DNA from: an archaeon | GTDB lineage: Archaea; Iainarchaeota; Iainarchaeia; Iainarchaeales; JAAZKV01 | Assembly: GCA_036170245.1 (NCBI GenBank) | Contig: JAVHOV010000025.1 | Location: forward strand, 1 to 36,362 | DNA: 36,362 nucleotides | Reading direction: 5' to 3' | Shown: in pieces, positions 27,486 through 36,362 of the stretch | How the letters are laid out: the number at the start of each line of letters is the position of its first letter | Numbering within the stretch: the first letter of the stretch is position 1 | The notes under the pieces: generated by a model | The model's input: only the letters and a program-made list of their open reading frames with translations | Database searches by the model: none | What the model was told of the DNA's origin: nothing | Made by a program: the position numbers and the translations under genes

Positions 27486-28301
27486 ATGGATTACAAGGAA
27501 TTAACTGACAGTGACTTACTAAAAGAACACTTACAAAAAGAGAAGCGATTAATAAAGGATGAAAACACAAGAGCTGTTTTCAATAAAGTGTTTGACACTG
27601 CAACCATTGCTTCAGTTCATGAACTTGCAAGAAAAAAATTCTTTGATGAAATAGAATTTGTTATCTCAACAGGAAAAGAAGGAAATGTTTTCAGATGTGT
27701 TGCAAAAAACAATTACTATGCACTAAAAATATTCAAAGTAGATACTTCTGATTTCAAGCACATGACTGAATATATTATTGGAGACGAAAGATTCAAGGAA
27801 GTAAGAAAAGACAAACTTGAAATAATAAAACTTTGGACAAAAAAAGAATTCAGAAACTTAGAAGATTTCACCAAAGCAAAAATAAGAGTGCCTCAGCCAA
27901 TCGCATGGAACAGAAACTGTTTACTAATGGAATTTATTGGAGCAGACGGAATTGCCGCACCAAGATTAAAGGAAAAACCCTTTGCTAATCCACAAGAAAA
28001 ATATGAACTTTTATGCGAATACATTGCAAAAATGGTTAATGTAAAATTGGTTCATGCTGATTTAAGCGAATATAATATTTTAAACAACAATGAGGAAATG
28101 GTGATAATTGATGTCGGCCAAGCTGTAACAACAATGCACCCTAACGCAAAAGAATTCTATACTAGAGACATAATGAACATGAGCCGCTACTTTGCAAAAC
28201 AGGGAGTGGACACTGATTTTGATAAAATGTATACAAAAATAAAAGAACTATCAAAAAGCACTAAAGTATACAAATTGAGAAAAACTTATTCTAAAAATTA
28301 A
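27486..28301 (+). CDS. rio1: RIO1 serine/threonine kinase
   Basis: 'STGKEGNVF', 'W..KEFRNL', 'HADLSEYN' and 'IDVGQ'. Confidence 0.95.
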   Translation: MDYKELTDSDLLKEHLQKEKRLIKDENTRAVFNKVFDTATIASVHELARKKFFDEIEFVISTGKEGNVFRCVAKNNYYALKIFKVDTSDFKHMTEYIIGDERFKEVRKDKLEIIKLWTKKEFRNLEDFTKAKIRVPQPIAWNRNCLLMEFIGADGIAAPRLKEKPFANPQEKYELLCEYIAKMVNVKLVHADLSEYNILNNNEEMVIIDVGQAVTTMHPNAKEFYTRDIMNMSRYFAKQGVDTDFDKMYTKIKELSKSTKVYKLRKTYSKN

Positions 28302-28990
28302 AAGTCCTCTTTGTGTTCACTAATGTGCATCTTCAAATCAGCAAACGTTTTTAGAAGCAAAAACAAAAAAAGAACAAACGAATTAAAGAACCCTAAAGCT
28401 AAAAGAAAAGTTCCAAATATTATTGTCAAATGCATTGGGATTATTCTAATGTATGGTCTAACCATTAATTTTCCAATCAAAAAATTAGTTTGATCAAAAG
28501 AATAATTTTCAATTTTCTTTGAATAATATAAAAATGAAAATAAATGGTTAATAAATAAAATAACTAAAGTAATCAATAACACAGGAACAAAATTTAAAAT
28601 ATTTATCGGAACCAAATTTGCAAAAACGCCTGGTGCAAAAGAAAAACCTAACAAGAAGAAAAAATAAACAAAATGAAATCCGCCATAATGCAATAAGAAA
28701 AAGAAAGACATGAATAAACTAATTGCTAAAAATCCGACATCTTCGGTCTGAGAAAAAGAAACTTTAAGCATTTTTAAAAAATTAAAGAAACCTATTATTA
28801 CACTCTGCCCCCAATAAACCCAAAGAATCTCTATTAAATTCCAATTTAGTAAAACCGCAATAAAAATAGTCAAAAGATTTGAAAGAAGCAAAGATTGCAA
28901 AGTAGGGTCTTTTTTAATGCTGTTAAACAATCCACCGGTCAAAGAATTAAAAGCAGAAGAAACTTCCATAGAAAAACTAATACACCTCAT
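28298..28990 (-). CDS. DUF6498-like membrane protein
   Basis: 'YW.QSVIIGFFN..K', 'FF..HYG.FH' and 'PY.RIIPMH..II'. Start may be 28969. Confidence 0.75.
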   Translation of the reverse strand: MRCISFSMEVSSAFNSLTGGLFNSIKKDPTLQSLLLSNLLTIFIAVLLNWNLIEILWVYWGQSVIIGFFNFLKMLKVSFSQTEDVGFLAISLFMSFFFLLHYGGFHFVYFFFLLGFSFAPGVFANLVPINILNFVPVLLITLVILFINHLFSFLYYSKKIENYSFDQTNFLIGKLMVRPYIRIIPMHLTIIFGTFLLALGFFNSFVLFLFLLLKTFADLKMHISEHKEDF

Positions 28991-29040
28991 TTATTTAAAG
29001 CCTTGCAAACATAATATATCTTATAAGGGATGACTAACAA

Positions 29041-29241
29041 ATGGAAATTGAAGGAAGAGTTTGGAAAAGAAGAATCAGCGTTGGATGGCTAATGATTTGC
29101 TTACTATTACTCTCTTGGGGAATAGTTTGGCTAGGAAATGATTTAAGCTGGTGGAATATAGCATTCCCAATAGTGCCAATACTGTTAATCATATTTGCAT
29201 TATCACTGATAGTAAACCAGATATTGAGTCTATTCTATTAG
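29041..29241 (+). CDS. Small two-TM membrane protein (LiaI/LiaF-TM-like)
   Basis: 66 aa with two hydrophobic helices, 'G..WL..DL..W....PI.LII'. Confidence 0.65.
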   Translation: MEIEGRVWKRRISVGWLMICLLLLSWGIVWLGNDLSWWNIAFPIVPILLIIFALSLIVNQILSLFY

Positions 29242-29270
29242 ACCAAAAAAAAAACAGGTTGATGAGATAA

Positions 29271-29789
29271 ATGGAAGAAATTGTAAAAATCCCAGAAGAA
29301 AGAATAGGGGCACTAATCGGACCTAACGGAAATATAAAGAAAAAAATAGAATTTCAAACTAAATCAAAATTAGAAATTAATTCCGCAGAAGGAGATGTTA
29401 TTGTTACTGGAGAAGGAGAATCATTCTTTAAGGCCCACGATATTGTAAAAGCAATTGCAAGGGGTTTTTCTCCAAAAAGAGCATTGACTTTGCTAAAAGA
29501 AGATTATTTACTAAAAATAGTTGATATTACTGAATACACTGGAAAAAATACTTCAACTCAAAAGGCAAGAAAGGGAAGAGTAATTGGAAGAGAAGGGGGA
29601 GCTAGAGAAGAAATAGAGAAAAAAACTCACTGCTTAATCTCAGTTTACGGAAAAACTGTTGCAATCATCGGCCTTGCAGGAGAAATAGAAAGTGCACAAG
29701 AAGCAGTGCAAATGCTCCTTTCAGGTGCAAAGCATGAAACAATGGAAAGTTTCTTGCACGGTGGAAGAAGAGAAAGATTTGAACTATAA
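29271..29789 (+). CDS. KH-domain rRNA-processing protein (Dim2/Pno1-like)
   Basis: 'IP.ERIGALIG..G', 'AIARGFSP', 'GRVIGREG' and 'G.KH'. Confidence 0.93.
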   Translation: MEEIVKIPEERIGALIGPNGNIKKKIEFQTKSKLEINSAEGDVIVTGEGESFFKAHDIVKAIARGFSPKRALTLLKEDYLLKIVDITEYTGKNTSTQKARKGRVIGREGGAREEIEKKTHCLISVYGKTVAIIGLAGEIESAQEAVQMLLSGAKHETMESFLHGGRRERFEL

Positions 29790-29933
29790 AATAATAGCAA
29801 AAATACTTACAAAAGCAAAATTCACTAAGATTTAATCAAAAGTATATATAAAATTTGGATTAAACCAAGAAGATTAGGGCTTATAAATGTTTTGGGCTTT
29901 TCTAATATCATTAAGAAAAAAACCTTTAGATAA

Positions 29934-31676
29934 ATGGTGAGCAAATTGTCTGACGAAAAAAAAGAAAAAGTTACTTTAGAAGATGGAAAACCTGTTGCAG
30001 GCGCAGTTGACAATTTAGAAAAGGAATTTAAGGAACACTCAGTTGCTGAATTTTTTAAAAAGAATAAACAGATGATAGGATTATATGGAAAAGTAAGAAC
30101 ACTCACAATGATAGTTCACGAATATGTAACAAATTCGCTTGATGCCTGTGAAGAAACTGGAATTTTACCTACAATTGATGTTAAGATTGATGAACTTGGC
30201 GAAGAGTACTATGAAGTAATGGTAAGCGATAACGGACCAGGAATTTCACTTGAAAACGTTGGAAAAGCTTTTGGAAAACTTTTAGCTGGAACAAAGTTCC
30301 ATAGATTAATGCAGTCAAGAGGACAGCAAGGAATCGGAGCATCAGGATGCACAATGCTATCACAAATGACTACAGGAAAGCCTTCAAAAGTAATAACTGG
30401 AAAAGAAGGAAGAAAAGCTATTGCTCTAGAAATAGTAATTGACCCAAGACTAAATGAACCAAAAATCTCAAACTTAAAAGAACTTGAAAAAGAATTTCAT
30501 GGAACAAGTATTCAGGCAAAATTCAAGGGATGCTTATATAGAGATAGCGACCAAGGCCCTTTAGAATATTTAAAAAGAACAGCAATTGCAAACCCGCACG
30601 TACAAATTAATTTCAGAGACCCAATGGGACAAAAATTTACATTCAAAAGAACACACAATGCTCTTCCTGAAAAACCAGAAGAAATAAAGCCACATCCAAA
30701 GGGAACTACTGTTGATGATATTTTAACTTACTGCAAATCTTCAAAAGGAAGAACAGTAGCAAGTTTCTTGACAAATGATTTTGACAGAATGGGTGCTAAG
30801 GGAATTGAGGAAATAAAAAAGAGAGTGCACTTTGATATGAATAAAGATCCTAAGACTCTATCTTGGGAAGAAGCAGAAGAAATAGTTAAAGCATTCAAAG
30901 CAATTGATTTTATCGCACCAAGCACTGATGCACTTAGACCAATCGGAGAAGACCAAATAAGAAAGTCTCTTCAGAGCATAGTTCAACCAGAATTTTTGAC
31001 AGTATTAACAAGAAAGCCTACAGTTTATGCTGGAGGGTATCCCTTCCAAGTAGAAATTGCAATTGCTTACGGTGGAGGAGCCGGAAAGAAAGTCGGAGAT
31101 CAAACTTCAATGGATATAATGAGATTTGCAAATAGAGTTCCTTTACTATTTGATACAGGAAACTGTGCTTTAACAAAAGCAGTACAAACAGTTGACTGGA
31201 AAAGATATGATATTAAGGATCCTTCTACTGCCCCTGTAACAGTATTTGTTAACTTTATTTCAGTGCACATTCCATACACTGGTGCAGGGAAGCAAGCAAT
31301 TGCTGATGAAGAAGAAGTATTAGAAGAAATAAGATTAGCTTTAATGCAGACAGGAAGAAAAGCAGGAATTTATATTGCACACAAGAGAAGAGAAGCAGAG
31401 AACCAGCAAAAGAGATTAATGTTTTACAAATATATTCCTGAAATTTGTAGAGCTTTAAGCACAATTACAAAAGCAAACGAAGAGGGACTAAAGAAAAACA
31501 TGGAAAAAATGGTTCTTGAAAAATTAAAGATAGAAGACCAAAAAGATGAAGAAGAAAGAGTAAGAACTGAAAAAGCTTTGGCAAATGATGATAATAGTTT
31601 TGTTACAAAACCAAAAGTGGAAAAAACTGAAAAAAAGGAAGAACCAAAAGAAAAGGTTAAGGCAGGAAAAAAATAA
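29934..31676 (+). CDS. top6B: DNA topoisomerase VI subunit B
   Basis: GHKL motifs 'HEYVTNSLDACE', 'DNGPG' and 'SRGQQGIG', plus 'RFANRVPL'. Confidence 0.97.
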   Translation: MVSKLSDEKKEKVTLEDGKPVAGAVDNLEKEFKEHSVAEFFKKNKQMIGLYGKVRTLTMIVHEYVTNSLDACEETGILPTIDVKIDELGEEYYEVMVSDNGPGISLENVGKAFGKLLAGTKFHRLMQSRGQQGIGASGCTMLSQMTTGKPSKVITGKEGRKAIALEIVIDPRLNEPKISNLKELEKEFHGTSIQAKFKGCLYRDSDQGPLEYLKRTAIANPHVQINFRDPMGQKFTFKRTHNALPEKPEEIKPHPKGTTVDDILTYCKSSKGRTVASFLTNDFDRMGAKGIEEIKKRVHFDMNKDPKTLSWEEAEEIVKAFKAIDFIAPSTDALRPIGEDQIRKSLQSIVQPEFLTVLTRKPTVYAGGYPFQVEIAIAYGGGAGKKVGDQTSMDIMRFANRVPLLFDTGNCALTKAVQTVDWKRYDIKDPSTAPVTVFVNFISVHIPYTGAGKQAIADEEEVLEEIRLALMQTGRKAGIYIAHKRREAENQQKRLMFYKYIPEICRALSTITKANEEGLKKNMEKMVLEKLKIEDQKDEEERVRTEKALANDDNSFVTKPKVEKTEKKEEPKEKVKAGKK

Positions 31677-31700
31677 TTGTAATTAAAAATGGTGAATGAT

Positions 31701-32837
31701 ATGACAGAGAAAGAAAAAAAGAAACCAAAGACAGTTGAAAAGGTTTCACCTAAAGAAATTGCTGACAGAATCAAAAATACTGCTGAAGGAATGGTTAAAC
31801 AGATTAACAAACTTGAAGATCCTGAATTTAGAACAATGCAAAGAGGAAAGAGTAATGTTCTTTGGGATGAGAAGAAAGGATTTTTAGAACTAGGTGAAAA
31901 AGAAGTATCAAGAACTTTTTTGAATATTGCACACGCTAGAAAATTCATGCAGACAAGCATAATAATGGCGCAGACAAGAGAATACTTGGAACACAATAAG
32001 ACTGCTTCTATTCGTGAAATTTATTATGAATTAAAACACACAGTTGCGGATACTAAGGAAAACACTTTTGAAGGCCAAGATGAAAGTGATCCAATAATAG
32101 TTGATATTGAACACTCAGTAGATACTATCAGAGAAAAATTGAATTTACACGCAAACCCTAAGGGAACACTTTATGGAGATATTACATTACTTGACAGAAT
32201 GCACAACAATGATAAGTTCAACGCATCAAAACTAGGAAGAGGCGGATGGAGTATAATGTCAAGAGTAGAACCTGAAGAAATTGAAATAGTTGACTCAAAC
32301 GCTGAATACTTACTAGTCTGCGAAACAGAAGCAATTTATGAAAGATTAATTGAAGAAGGATTTCCTAAAGAAAACAAATGTATTCTAATCGGAATCGGAG
32401 GACAAGCTGCAAGAGGTGCAAGAAGATTAATCCACAGAATACACAACGAACTTGATTTACCAACAATCGTCTTCACAGATGGGGATCCTTATGGATGGTA
32501 TATTTACTCAGTTATAAAACAAGGTTCAATGGCTTTGGCCGCACACTCTGAATTTATGTCAGTTCCTGAAGCAAGATATGTTGGAATGACTATTGATGAT
32601 GTTAAAGAATACAAACTTGAAGCAGTAACTGAAAGAATGACTGATGGGGATATTAAAAGAGCAAAAGAAATGCTTGCATATCCTTGGTTTCAGAACAAAG
32701 AATGGCAGGACCAATTAAAGAAAGCCTTAGATCAGAAAATCAGAATAGAACAGCAGGCGTTAGCAAATAAGAGACTTGATTTTGTTGCAACACATTATTT
32801 GCCTGAAAAAATCAGAAACAAAACATTCTTGCCATAA
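31701..32837 (+). CDS. top6A: DNA topoisomerase VI subunit A
   Basis: Catalytic 'REIYY', TOPRIM Glu and 'DGDPYG', and 'EQQAL'. GGTGA before ATG 31701. Confidence 0.97.
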   Translation: MTEKEKKKPKTVEKVSPKEIADRIKNTAEGMVKQINKLEDPEFRTMQRGKSNVLWDEKKGFLELGEKEVSRTFLNIAHARKFMQTSIIMAQTREYLEHNKTASIREIYYELKHTVADTKENTFEGQDESDPIIVDIEHSVDTIREKLNLHANPKGTLYGDITLLDRMHNNDKFNASKLGRGGWSIMSRVEPEEIEIVDSNAEYLLVCETEAIYERLIEEGFPKENKCILIGIGGQAARGARRLIHRIHNELDLPTIVFTDGDPYGWYIYSVIKQGSMALAAHSEFMSVPEARYVGMTIDDVKEYKLEAVTERMTDGDIKRAKEMLAYPWFQNKEWQDQLKKALDQKIRIEQQALANKRLDFVATHYLPEKIRNKTFLP

Positions 32838-32860
32838 AGAATTTTTTCTTGAGAAAAATT

Positions 32861-33964
32861 TTAGATTCTTAATTTTTCTCTTTCTTTTAGTCTAATCATT
32901 TCGCTCAAAGCACTAAGGGCATTAATGGGCACATCAACACCTGCAGAAATTTTTGCATTAATCAAACGATCGCGAACTTGGTTTAATTTTTCCAAAGAAA
33001 AAGAATTGATTCTATGAGGAGAATCATGAACTCTGCCATTTGCTCCATTCATTAAACTAATTCCTTTGTGAGAAATAGACTATTTTCCGCTCCCATTATA
33101 ATCAACTTCCCAAACTAAACCCTTCTTTTTTAATTGAGTCAAAGAATTAAGTAAAGTCAATCTGCTTGCATTGGTTAATAATGAAAGTGCATGCACTGAA
33201 AGAGACCCATTTTCTGGAGAAGAAAAAGCAGATAAAAATGCTAAAGACTCATCATTCAAATGCATTACACGAACCTCAACCCCTGATCTTCTGCCCCTTC
33301 TTTTTCTGTACTCCTTAACTTTGCTTTCAGAAATATGAAGTTTAGTTGCAAGTTCAGCATTGCTTAACTTTCTTTGGGTTCTTGCATCAAATGCTTCAAT
33401 CGCACTCTTTGTTGCACGAACAACTTCCCCTGCAAAATTAGTTTTATATTTTGGCAAATTATCCTGCAGAACAGACTTTGTAACCCCTAAAGATTTTAAT
33501 GCATCTTCAAAAGAAATATTCCAATTTGATGCAAGCAAAGTTCTTAGCCTAGGAAGCAAAGTCAAATCATGATGCTTTGAAGAAGCAGTAAATTTTGTTG
33601 CAGTTCCTCCTTTAGACTGAATAGACTCCCTGATTTTTGCATTTACTTTCTTTAGCATTGAAGTGCTTACAGGAGCATCCTTATGCCCAACTCTTCTTGC
33701 AATCTCACTCAGGCTCAAACGTTCATGCGCAAGCACAGTTTGGTTTCTTTCAAGAAGATTCTTCACAAGAGCCTCTTTCTCGCTTGAAAGAGGAAGTTTT
33801 CTTAGATTCATTGCACGAATAAGAGAAATAACTTGCCTTGGAGAAAGAGATTTAGGATCAAAAGATTTTGTAAGAGCAAGCTTAGCCAAATTTCTCTGAT
33901 TAGGTATACGTCCGTATTTTTCTTCAATCCTTTTTGCAACTTGTGAAATTGAGTATCCAGCCAT
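32861..33964 (-). pseudogene. Basic multi-HTH/winged-helix protein interrupted by one in-frame TAG (33080-33082)
   Basis: ORFs 33080..33964 and 32861..33052 share a frame: ...GLVWEVDYNGSGK*SISHKGISLMNG... (367 codons in total). Several HTH-like segments. Confidence 0.6.
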
Positions 33965-33999
33965 AACTAATTACCCCTTAAGGATATATTTAAACAAAA

Positions 34000-35211
34000 T
34001 CATTCATTTGAAGAAATCAAAACTGATTCAACTTTTTCGTTTTCACCTAATGAAAGAAGTTCAAACACTCTTCTAGTATCAAATTCCTTGAGCCCAGCTT
34101 CATCAACATTCTTCTCCAAAATATTAACCCCAAAATCAACTACACTCTTTTTTTCATTCTGAATTGATTTTAGTGATTCAATTTTCTTGATAAATGATTC
34201 AACAGAAAAATCCTTTGAAATAGAAAGAACTGCTTTATCTTTATAATTTGAAACATCAAGAGAAACATCTGATTGAGAAAATCCTTTTGCAAGAGAGCCA
34301 AAAAGTTTTATCCTTACAAGGGGTTTAACTTCAAACTCGTGCGAAAGCAATTCTTTGATTTTATCATTAAATGCATTAACAACATCCTGCGGTTTTGCAT
34401 TAGTAAACTTCATTTTTTCATAAAATAATTTTCTTTGAACCTTGAATGGGATAAATGTTAATTTCTTTGTTTCTGTTTCAAAAAGAAAAACTCCTTTCCC
34501 CCCTTTAGCTTCCATGCTCTTCATTTGAGTGAAAATTGAAGAACCAGTCAATAGAAATCTTTTTGCGCCCAAATTTTGTTCATTAGTCCAATGCAAGTGG
34601 CCATCAATAATCAAATCAAATCCGTTAGGAAGATCTGCTAGTGAAAGAGAAGCAATTGAATCATCATCAAAAGGCAAGAATTCGATAAATGACTGGTGAA
34701 GCAAAAGCAAATTCACTGCGCCATCAATTGGTTTAGGATTGTAAGTAGAAAGAACAGTTTTCGCAAATTTTTCAGGAACTCCCCCCATACCATGAACATA
34801 AACCTTTTCCCCATCTTTATTCAATTCAACAAACCCTGCATGAACATGAACTAAGCACCCACTTTCTTCCAAAATATCTAATGCATTTGCAAAATCCTTT
34901 CCTCTATGTTCATGAGTACCATGAATTGCAATAATAGGGATTCCTTTTACTTCAACTAAAGAAGAATTATTTATTTGAACTTTATTTAATTCTGAAACAC
35001 TACCATTATTCTTTGAAAAACACTTAAAAGTTCTAAGCCATACTTCTTGAGTAGGAGTAGATTCATCAAATAAGTCCCCTGCATGAAGAATATAATCAAC
35101 TTTATTTTCCTTAAATATTCCAATAGATTCAACAAAACGTTCAAAAGATTCATCAAATCTATCTTCCCCTTTGAAACCAAGGTGCGAATCAGAAAAAATC
35201 CCTAAGAGCAT
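34000..35211 (-). CDS. mre11: Mre11 DNA repair nuclease
   Basis: Metallophosphoesterase motifs 'SDSHLG', 'AGDLFD', 'HGTHE', 'HQ' and 'GHLH', plus a capping domain. Confidence 0.88.
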   Translation of the reverse strand: MLLGIFSDSHLGFKGEDRFDESFERFVESIGIFKENKVDYILHAGDLFDESTPTQEVWLRTFKCFSKNNGSVSELNKVQINNSSLVEVKGIPIIAIHGTHEHRGKDFANALDILEESGCLVHVHAGFVELNKDGEKVYVHGMGGVPEKFAKTVLSTYNPKPIDGAVNLLLLHQSFIEFLPFDDDSIASLSLADLPNGFDLIIDGHLHWTNEQNLGAKRFLLTGSSIFTQMKSMEAKGGKGVFLFETETKKLTFIPFKVQRKLFYEKMKFTNAKPQDVVNAFNDKIKELLSHEFEVKPLVRIKLFGSLAKGFSQSDVSLDVSNYKDKAVLSISKDFSVESFIKKIESLKSIQNEKKSVVDFGVNILEKNVDEAGLKEFDTRRVFELLSLGENEKVESVLISSNE

Positions 35212-35271
35212 ACAATAGAAGTAGTTCAAAAGGATTAAATTAGTTGGCGTTAATTAAAGAGTTTAAGAACA

Positions 35272-35793
35272 CTAATTCTTTTTACCCAAAAGAACTGATT
35301 TAATTTCCTTAGTCAGTTTTATAATATTAGTCTTTCCAAAACCTTCAACTTCAATAACTTTTCTATCAACCAAACGCTGAATTATTCTATGACTCTTAAC
35401 TTTACCAATTCCATCAATCCTTGAAATCTCTGCCTGAAGTACTTTCCCATCATTATCAATTAATTTCTGAACAACTAATTTTTCTTCTTTATTCAAGAAC
35501 TGAATAAGAGTACTTGTAACAATCTTTAAATCATTCTGCTTATTCTCAAGCCTTGAACTCATAAAAAAGAAAACAATTGCCCCAATTATCACTCCTGCAA
35601 GAATGAATACAGGAACAAGTTCAGTAAGCAAATGAACTCTCTCTTCATGCTGGCACACCCCGTTAATTGTGCACACAGTAGGGTTTGTAAGAGCAATTAA
35701 ATTGGGAGAATAAATAATCAACCCCACAAGGCAAATAAGAATTACTAAACCGATAATGGTTTTCTTATTTGACAAATCAAATTTAATATCCAT
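35272..35793 (-). CDS. Membrane-anchored winged-helix transcriptional regulator (2 TM + wHTH)
   Basis: TM1 'IIGLVILICLVGLIIY', loop 'CTINGVCQHEERVH', TM2 'VFILAGVIIGAIVFFFM'. wHTH is 'L..EE..VV..L....G.VLQAEISR..G..KVK.HRII.RL....VI.....GKTN'. Confidence 0.8.
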   Translation of the reverse strand: MDIKFDLSNKKTIIGLVILICLVGLIIYSPNLIALTNPTVCTINGVCQHEERVHLLTELVPVFILAGVIIGAIVFFFMSSRLENKQNDLKIVTSTLIQFLNKEEKLVVQKLIDNDGKVLQAEISRIDGIGKVKSHRIIQRLVDRKVIEVEGFGKTNIIKLTKEIKSVLLGKKN

Positions 35794-35848
35794 AACTAAA
35801 ATACACCCTAACGAGTTTTTAACTTCTACTGATAGTACGCCAAAACTG

Positions 35849-35877
35849 ATGGTTTCACTAAACCATATGTATGGTTT
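35849..35877. promoter_or_regulatory. Triple inverted-repeat operator candidate
   Basis: ATGGTTT-CACT-AAACCAT-ATGT-ATGGTTT: three exact heptamers in alternating orientation with 4-nt spacers, in the divergent intergenic region. Confidence 0.6.
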
Positions 35878-35905
35878 CAGTACCAATAGTTATGGTGAAA
35901 GACCA

Positions 35906-36362
35906 ATGAAGACAACAAAAATAAAGATTGAAGGAATGAGCTGCAAGGCATGCTCTACAAAAGTCGAAAAAGGACTAAAAGAATTAGAAGGAATGCACAC
36001 AGTCAAAGTAGATTTGGCGAATGACAGTGCAAATGTAACTTTTGATTCAGACAAAATAACTGAAAAAGAGATAGAAGCAAAAATAGAGGAAACAGGATAT
36101 TCTATCAAAGGAAAGAAATCAAATAAAAATGAAACAAAGAATACAATATTACAAGGAATAACATACGGACTTGTACCTCACATCGGTTGCATTGGATTTA
36201 TTGTTGCATCAATTTTAGGAGTAACATTTGCCGCAGAAATATTTAAACCACTTTTACTCAACCCGCTTTTCTTCTATGGACTAATTGTGTTGTCAATAAT
36301 ATTTGCAACAATCTCATCAGTAATTTACCTAAAGAACAATGATTTACTCTCACTACAAGGAA
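35906..36362 (+). CDS. Heavy-metal-associated (HMA) domain membrane protein, 3'-partial; absent from the ORF track
   Basis: MKTTKIKIEGMSCKACSTKVEKGL... (GMxCxxC), then TM segments with 'GLVPHIGCIGFI'. GGTGA upstream. Runs off the window. Confidence 0.9.
   Translation, partial: MKTTKIKIEGMSCKACSTKVEKGLKELEGMHTVKVDLANDSANVTFDSDKITEKEIEAKIEETGYSIKGKKSNKNETKNTILQGITYGLVPHIGCIGFIVASILGVTFAAEIFKPLLLNPLFFYGLIVLSIIFATISSVIYLKNNDLLSLQG

Noticed and set aside
33080..33082. Genome-wide TAG reassignment or pyrrolysine
   Set aside because: Conserved genes in the window (aIF1A, Nudix) end properly at TAG, and no pyl genes are visible.
35794..35886. N-terminal extension of the wHTH regulator given in the ORF track
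   Set aside because: It runs through the divergent promoter/operator region. ATG 35793 gives a cleaner protein.
1..36362. CRISPR array, rRNA, tRNA, transposase or integrase
   Set aside because: No regularly spaced repeats, no GC-rich structured RNA block and no recombinase motifs were seen by eye.

Overview
A low-GC archaeal chromosomal segment made up mostly of core information-processing genes. Gene content and style suggest a DPANN lineage, possibly Diapherotrites/Iainarchaeota, but this is an inference. It holds the exosome/proteasome/RNase P superoperon (rpl15e-rnp3-rnp2-psmA-SBDS-rrp4-rrp41-rrp42-rpl37ae-rpoP-pcc1-pfdB-DHH), which is interrupted by an RHH/RelE-like toxin-antitoxin pair. 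It also holds tRNA thiolation genes, aIF5A, MCM, a presenilin-type protease, aIF2beta, aIF1A-Rio1-KH-Top6B-Top6A and a lone Mre11. I found no rRNA, tRNA, CRISPR array or transposase. The best leads are: (1) a DUF2226/PATAN-like + roadblock-like + MinD + Lsm + long coiled-coil cluster that may be a spatial-positioning module; (2) a two-TM winged-helix regulator with a Cys/His loop, divergent from an HMA membrane protein across a triple ATGGTTT operator; (3) a THUMP-less ThiI paired with a small Cys-containing protein; (4) a multi-HTH gene split by one in-frame TAG; (5) at the left edge, a glycosyltransferase/oxidoreductase cluster remnant ending in an apparent deletion scar. All family calls come from reading motifs by eye. 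No database searches were run.
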